A DNA stretch of 64,000 nucleotides from Acidobacteriota bacterium (GTDB lineage Bacteria; Acidobacteriota; UBA6911; RPQK01; JAJDTT01), in NCBI GenBank assembly GCA_965209055.1, contig OZ242374.1, forward strand, positions 1,152,001 to 1,216,000, in the 5' to 3' direction. The notes under the pieces are model-generated. The model ran no database searches, had not been told where the DNA came from, and was given only the letters and a program-made list of their open reading frames with translations. Positions 60,420-64,000 of the stretch are shown piece by piece; position 1 is the first letter of the stretch, and the number at the start of each line of letters is the position of its first letter. The position numbers were made by a program, and so were the translations under genes.

Positions 60420-60569
60420 ATGCGCGACATCATCACGCTCCGATGCATCGAGTGCAATCGGAAAAACTATAATACGACCAAGAACAAGAAGACTCAGCGA
60501 GGTCGGCTCGAGCTGAGAAAGTACTGCAGTTGGTGTCGTCGCCACGTGGCTCACCGCGAGGCGCGATAA
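60420..60569 (+). CDS. rpmG: 50S ribosomal protein L33 (not in ORF track)
   Basis: MRDIITLRCIECNRKNYNTTKNKKTQRGRLELRKYCSWCRRHVAHREAR. Confidence 0.96.
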   Translation: MRDIITLRCIECNRKNYNTTKNKKTQRGRLELRKYCSWCRRHVAHREAR

Positions 60570-60581
60570 ATGATTTTCAAC

Positions 60582-60659
60582 AGGCCAGTAGCTCAAAGTT
60601 GGTAGAGCGCCGGTCTCCAAAACCGGATGTTGGGGGTTCGAGTCCCTCCTGGCCTGCCA
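60582..60659 (+). tRNA. tRNA-Trp(CCA)
   Basis: ccggt-ctccaaa-accgg arm; encoded CCA; between rpmG and secE. Confidence 0.96.
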
Positions 60660-60696
60660 ATTTTGGGGCCCTGAGCGGCTTGGGTCCGGAACCGTC

Positions 60697-60912
60697 ATGT
60701 TGGAAAAACTTGCGAGCGCTCCCACGAGGCTGAAGAGCTTCTATTTCGACGTGAAGAGGGAATTGCGGAAGGTCACCTGGCCCGGCCGCAACGAGGTCTA
60801 TGGGACCACTGCGGTGGTGCTGATCAGCGTCTTCTTCTTCGGGTTCTATCTCTTCTTCGTGGACATGATTCTGAGCAACCTCGTGGACCGGGTGTTCGAG
60901 TTTTTCCGGTAA
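60697..60912 (+). CDS. secE: Preprotein translocase subunit SecE
   Basis: ELRKVTWP + TM. Confidence 0.95.
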   Translation: MLEKLASAPTRLKSFYFDVKRELRKVTWPGRNEVYGTTAVVLISVFFFGFYLFFVDMILSNLVDRVFEFFR

Positions 60913-61009
60913 CGAACGTGTTTTCCCCGGAGCCGGGTCCGGGACGCTGCGGAGCGGGATGACCGGCTCCGCGACAGGAAGGAAGGAGGGTTCGCCGTTG
61001 GAGGATTCC

Positions 61010-61564
61010 ATGGGTGGCTCGGGCGAATCCGCACTCCCCAAGAAGTGGTACATCATCCACACCTATTCCGGTTTCGAGCGGAAGGTGGCCGAGGGTCTCA
61101 TGAACCGGGTGCAGGCCTACGGTCTGCACGGGAAGATCGGCCAGATCCTGATTCCCACCGAGGATGTCGTGGAGATGCGCGGCGGCAAGAAGGTCGTCAC
61201 TTCCAAGCTCTTTTTTCCCGGATACATCCTGGTGGAGATGGAACTGACGGACGAGACCTGGCACCTGGTTCGCAACACCCCCAAGGTGAGCGGCTTCGTC
61301 AGTCAGGGCAACAAGCCCACGCCCCTGACCGAGGAAGAGGTCAACCAGGTGGTTCAGCGGGTGTCGACGGCCGCCGAGAAGCCCAAGCCCAAGTTCATGT
61401 TCGACAAGAACGACATGGTCAAGATCATCGACGGCCCGTTCTCCAACTTCACCGGAGAAGTCGAGGACGTGAACGTGGAACGCAGCACCCTGAAGGTCAT
61501 GGTGACCATCTTCGGAAGGCCGACGCCAGTGGAGTTGGAGTTCATACAAGTAGAAAAGCTCTAG
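61010..61564 (+). CDS. nusG: Transcription termination/antitermination factor NusG
   Basis: KWYIIHTYSGFE, FPGYILVEM, KOW; alternative start 60959. Confidence 0.97.
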   Translation: MGGSGESALPKKWYIIHTYSGFERKVAEGLMNRVQAYGLHGKIGQILIPTEDVVEMRGGKKVVTSKLFFPGYILVEMELTDETWHLVRNTPKVSGFVSQGNKPTPLTEEEVNQVVQRVSTAAEKPKPKFMFDKNDMVKIIDGPFSNFTGEVEDVNVERSTLKVMVTIFGRPTPVELEFIQVEKL

Positions 61565-61660
61565 GGGCGGCGGTTTCCTAACCGCCGAACTCTTCGCGGG
61601 AACGGCGGTTTGGAACGGCGGTTTCCTAACCGCCGAATCCCCTAGCGAACAGGAGAAAAA

Positions 61661-62098
61661 ATGGCCAGACGCAGAGGCAAACGCGTGATCGGAATGGTCA
61701 AGCTCCAGATCCCGGCCGGCAAGGCGACCCCGGCGCCCCCGGTGGGGCCGGCCCTGGGCCAGCAGGGCGTCAACATCATGGATTTCTGCAAGGCCTTCAA
61801 CGCCAAGACCAGCTCCGACGAGGGGTTGATCATTCCGGTGGTCATCACCGTCTACCACGACCGGAGCTACAGCTTCATCACCAAGACGCCGCCGGCCGCG
61901 GTCCTGTTGAAACGCGCCGCCGGAATCGCCAAGGGGTCGCCGGAGCCCAACAAGAGCAAGGTCGCCCGGGTGACCATGGGGCAGGTGGAGGAGATCGCCC
62001 GGATCAAGATGGCCGACCTGAACGCCGGCGACATGGAGGCGGCCTCGCGGATCATCATGGGGACGGCCCGGAGCATGGGAGTCGAGGTCGGTCCGTAG
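61661..62098 (+). CDS. rplK: 50S ribosomal protein L11
   Basis: [16 protein letters not shown]. Confidence 0.98.
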   Translation: MARRRGKRVIGMVKLQIPAGKATPAPPVGPALGQQGVNIMDFCKAFNAKTSSDEGLIIPVVITVYHDRSYSFITKTPPAAVLLKRAAGIAKGSPEPNKSKVARVTMGQVEEIARIKMADLNAGDMEAASRIIMGTARSMGVEVGP

Positions 62099-62113
62099 TC
62101 AGGAGCATTCCGG

Positions 62114-62803
62114 ATGGCTGGAAAGAAATACCTGGAAGCGAAGAAGAAGGTCGAACCCCGGGAATACTCGCTGGAGGACGCGATCCAGCTCCTGCAGCAG
62201 ATCAAGTTCACCCGTTTCGACGAGACCTTGGAGATCGCACTCCGTCTCGGCGTCGATCCCCGGCACGCGGACCAGATGGTCCGAGGCACCGTGGTGCTGC
62301 CTCACGGCCTGGGCAAGGCGGCGACGGTCTGCGTCATCGCCTCGGGAGAAAGGGTGAAGGAAGCCGAGGCGGCGGGTGCCGACTTCGTGGGCGGCGACGA
62401 GATCGTGGAGCGGATCCAGAAGGGTTGGCTCGGCTTCGATGCCGTCGTGGCCACCCCCGACATGATGAAGCTGGTGGGGAGGCTGGGAAGGATTCTGGGT
62501 CCCCGCGGGATGATGCCCAATCCCAAGGCGGGCACCGTCACCTTCGACGTGGGCCATGCCGTGCAGGAGATCAAGGCCGGAAAGGTGGAGTTCCGGGTGG
62601 ACCGGAACGGCGTCATCCATGCTCCCCTGGGGCAGATTTCGTTCTCCGCCGACCACTTGGTCTCCAATGCCCTCAGCTTGATCACGGCGGTGGTCAGGGC
62701 CCGGCCGGCGGCGGCCAAGGGGCGGTACCTCAGGACCATCTACGTTTCGTCCACCATGAGCCCCGGGGTGAAGGTGGACGCCAATCGAGTGGAGGCGGCG
62801 TAA
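62114..62803 (+). CDS. rplA: 50S ribosomal protein L1
   Basis: [16 protein letters not shown]. Confidence 0.98.
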   Translation: MAGKKYLEAKKKVEPREYSLEDAIQLLQQIKFTRFDETLEIALRLGVDPRHADQMVRGTVVLPHGLGKAATVCVIASGERVKEAEAAGADFVGGDEIVERIQKGWLGFDAVVATPDMMKLVGRLGRILGPRGMMPNPKAGTVTFDVGHAVQEIKAGKVEFRVDRNGVIHAPLGQISFSADHLVSNALSLITAVVRARPAAAKGRYLRTIYVSSTMSPGVKVDANRVEAA

Positions 62804-62903
62804 GGGCGCGTCCCGGGCGCCGGGCGCCGGACGGAAATGATCCGGCGGCGGCGGCTCGGACCGGACCCCGCGAAGCCCCGCCTGAAGAAAGAGGCAGGTC
62901 GCA

Positions 62904-63425
62904 GTGACACGGGACGAAAAAAGACAGATCATCCAGGCGCTCAGGCAGACCTTCCGGCAGAACCAGACGGTTCTGCTGTTGACGTTCTCCGAGATCAACG
63001 TTCCGGATCTGACCGCGTTGCGGAGGCAGATCAGGGAAGCGGGCAACGGTTACCGGGTGGTCAAGAACACTCTGGCCATCCGCGCCGCCGAGGAAACTCC
63101 CGTCGGACAGTTGAACGACGACTTCGAAGGGCCGACCGCGGTGGCCTTCTCGGATTCCGATCCCACCGTCCTGGCCAAGATCCTCAAGGAATTCGCCGAC
63201 GCCCATCCGGGCATGAAATTCAAGTCGGGAGTGGTTGCGGGGCGGGCCGTGGGGGGCGACCAGGTGTCGGAACTGGCCGACATGCCCTCGCGGGAAGAGC
63301 TCCTGGCCAAGGTTGCCTTTATGTTCAATGCTCCGCTGACTCGTCTCGCCACCACGCTGCAGTCCCCCCTCGCCAAGATGGGATCGCTGCTCAAGCAAGT
63401 GGCCGAGCAGAAAGAGGAAGCGTAA
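62904..63425 (+). CDS. rplJ: 50S ribosomal protein L10
   Basis: RVVKNTLA, MPSREELLA; synteny. Confidence 0.96.
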   Translation: MTRDEKRQIIQALRQTFRQNQTVLLLTFSEINVPDLTALRRQIREAGNGYRVVKNTLAIRAAEETPVGQLNDDFEGPTAVAFSDSDPTVLAKILKEFADAHPGMKFKSGVVAGRAVGGDQVSELADMPSREELLAKVAFMFNAPLTRLATTLQSPLAKMGSLLKQVAEQKEEA

Positions 63426-63466
63426 TCGGAAAGGACCACCGGGTCCCTCATCGGAGGTAAAGAGAA

Positions 63467-63844
63467 ATGTCCATTACCAATGAACAGATCCTGGAGTGGA
63501 TCGGCAACGCGTCGATCCTCGAGATCAATCAGCTCGTCAAGGACATGGAGGAGAAGTTCGGGATCAGCGCCGCCGTGGCGGCTCCCGCCGCCGTCGGTGG
63601 CGCAGGGGCCGCGGCCGAGGCCGTCGAGGAGCAGACCGAATTCGACGTGGTCCTCACCTCCTACGGAGCCAAGAAGATCAATGTCATCAAGGTGGTCCGC
63701 CAGGTCACCACTTTGGGACTGAAGGAAGCCAAGGACCTGGTGGAGAGTGCTCCCAAGACGGTTCGCGAAGCGGTGGACAAGGAAGAAGCCGAGAAGATCA
63801 AGAAGCTCTTCGAGGACGCCGGCGCGACCGTCGAGCTCAAGTAG
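63467..63844 (+). CDS. rplL: 50S ribosomal protein L7/L12
   Basis: [28 protein letters not shown]. Confidence 0.98.
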   Translation: MSITNEQILEWIGNASILEINQLVKDMEEKFGISAAVAAPAAVGGAGAAAEAVEEQTEFDVVLTSYGAKKINVIKVVRQVTTLGLKEAKDLVESAPKTVREAVDKEEAEKIKKLFEDAGATVELK

Positions 63845-63861
63845 AAGCGGATCCCGTCGCT

Positions 63862-63906
63862 GGAGCGGCGGGAGCGGCGGTTGGAACGGCGGTTTCCTAA
63901 CCGCCG
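63862..63906. repeat. REP-like palindrome with duplicated 5' arm (similar copies at 58885-58929 and 61564-61634)
   Basis: ggagcggcg ggagcggcggtt ggaacggcggtttcctaaccgcc. Confidence 0.75.
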
Positions 63907-64000
63907 ACTCCCCCCTCCCCGCTCCCCGTCCCACAGCGCCCCCCGGCGCGGGGCCGCGTGCGGGTGCCCGGGTTTCACGTCCCTCTCGCCGGCGGGGCGA

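Noticed and set aside
62804-62903. L10 leader RNA
   Set aside because: Position fits, but I could not identify the conserved structure by eye

Overview
GC-rich bacterial chromosome segment. The protein families and the eukaryote-like LRR/FN3 content suggest an Acidobacteriota-like, possibly sponge-associated organism; this is inference only. Layout: (1) 1-3.5 kb, tail of an accessory island (higBA, HsdR_N-like protein, K+ channel). (2) 4.4-34 kb, an ECF sigma/anti-sigma/TPR locus and several secreted or surface proteins, including a 1944-aa LRR-metalloprotease and a ~1946-aa FN3 adhesin split by an IS1634-family element with a 107-bp target duplication. A GCRAC-N16-CATCT promoter motif occurs five times in this block. 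(3) A nested IS stack at 18.4-21.0 kb: an IS110 inserted into a REP palindrome, whose bridge-RNA guides can be read directly from the sequence, with an IS5 inserted inside the target-binding loop. (4) 34-58.5 kb, a surface-glycan cluster (GT2s, GT4, methyltransferases, wzm/wzt, TMTC-like transferase) interrupted by REP-flanked accessory genes. (5) 58.5-64 kb, the conserved tRNA-tuf-rpmG-trnW-secE-nusG-rplKAJL cluster. Throughout the window there is a covarying REP-like palindrome family, which forms two tandem arrays, and nine paralogous small genes encoding an N-terminal TM helix plus coiled coil; four of these form a REP-punctuated tandem array. All calls are by eye; no database searches were run.
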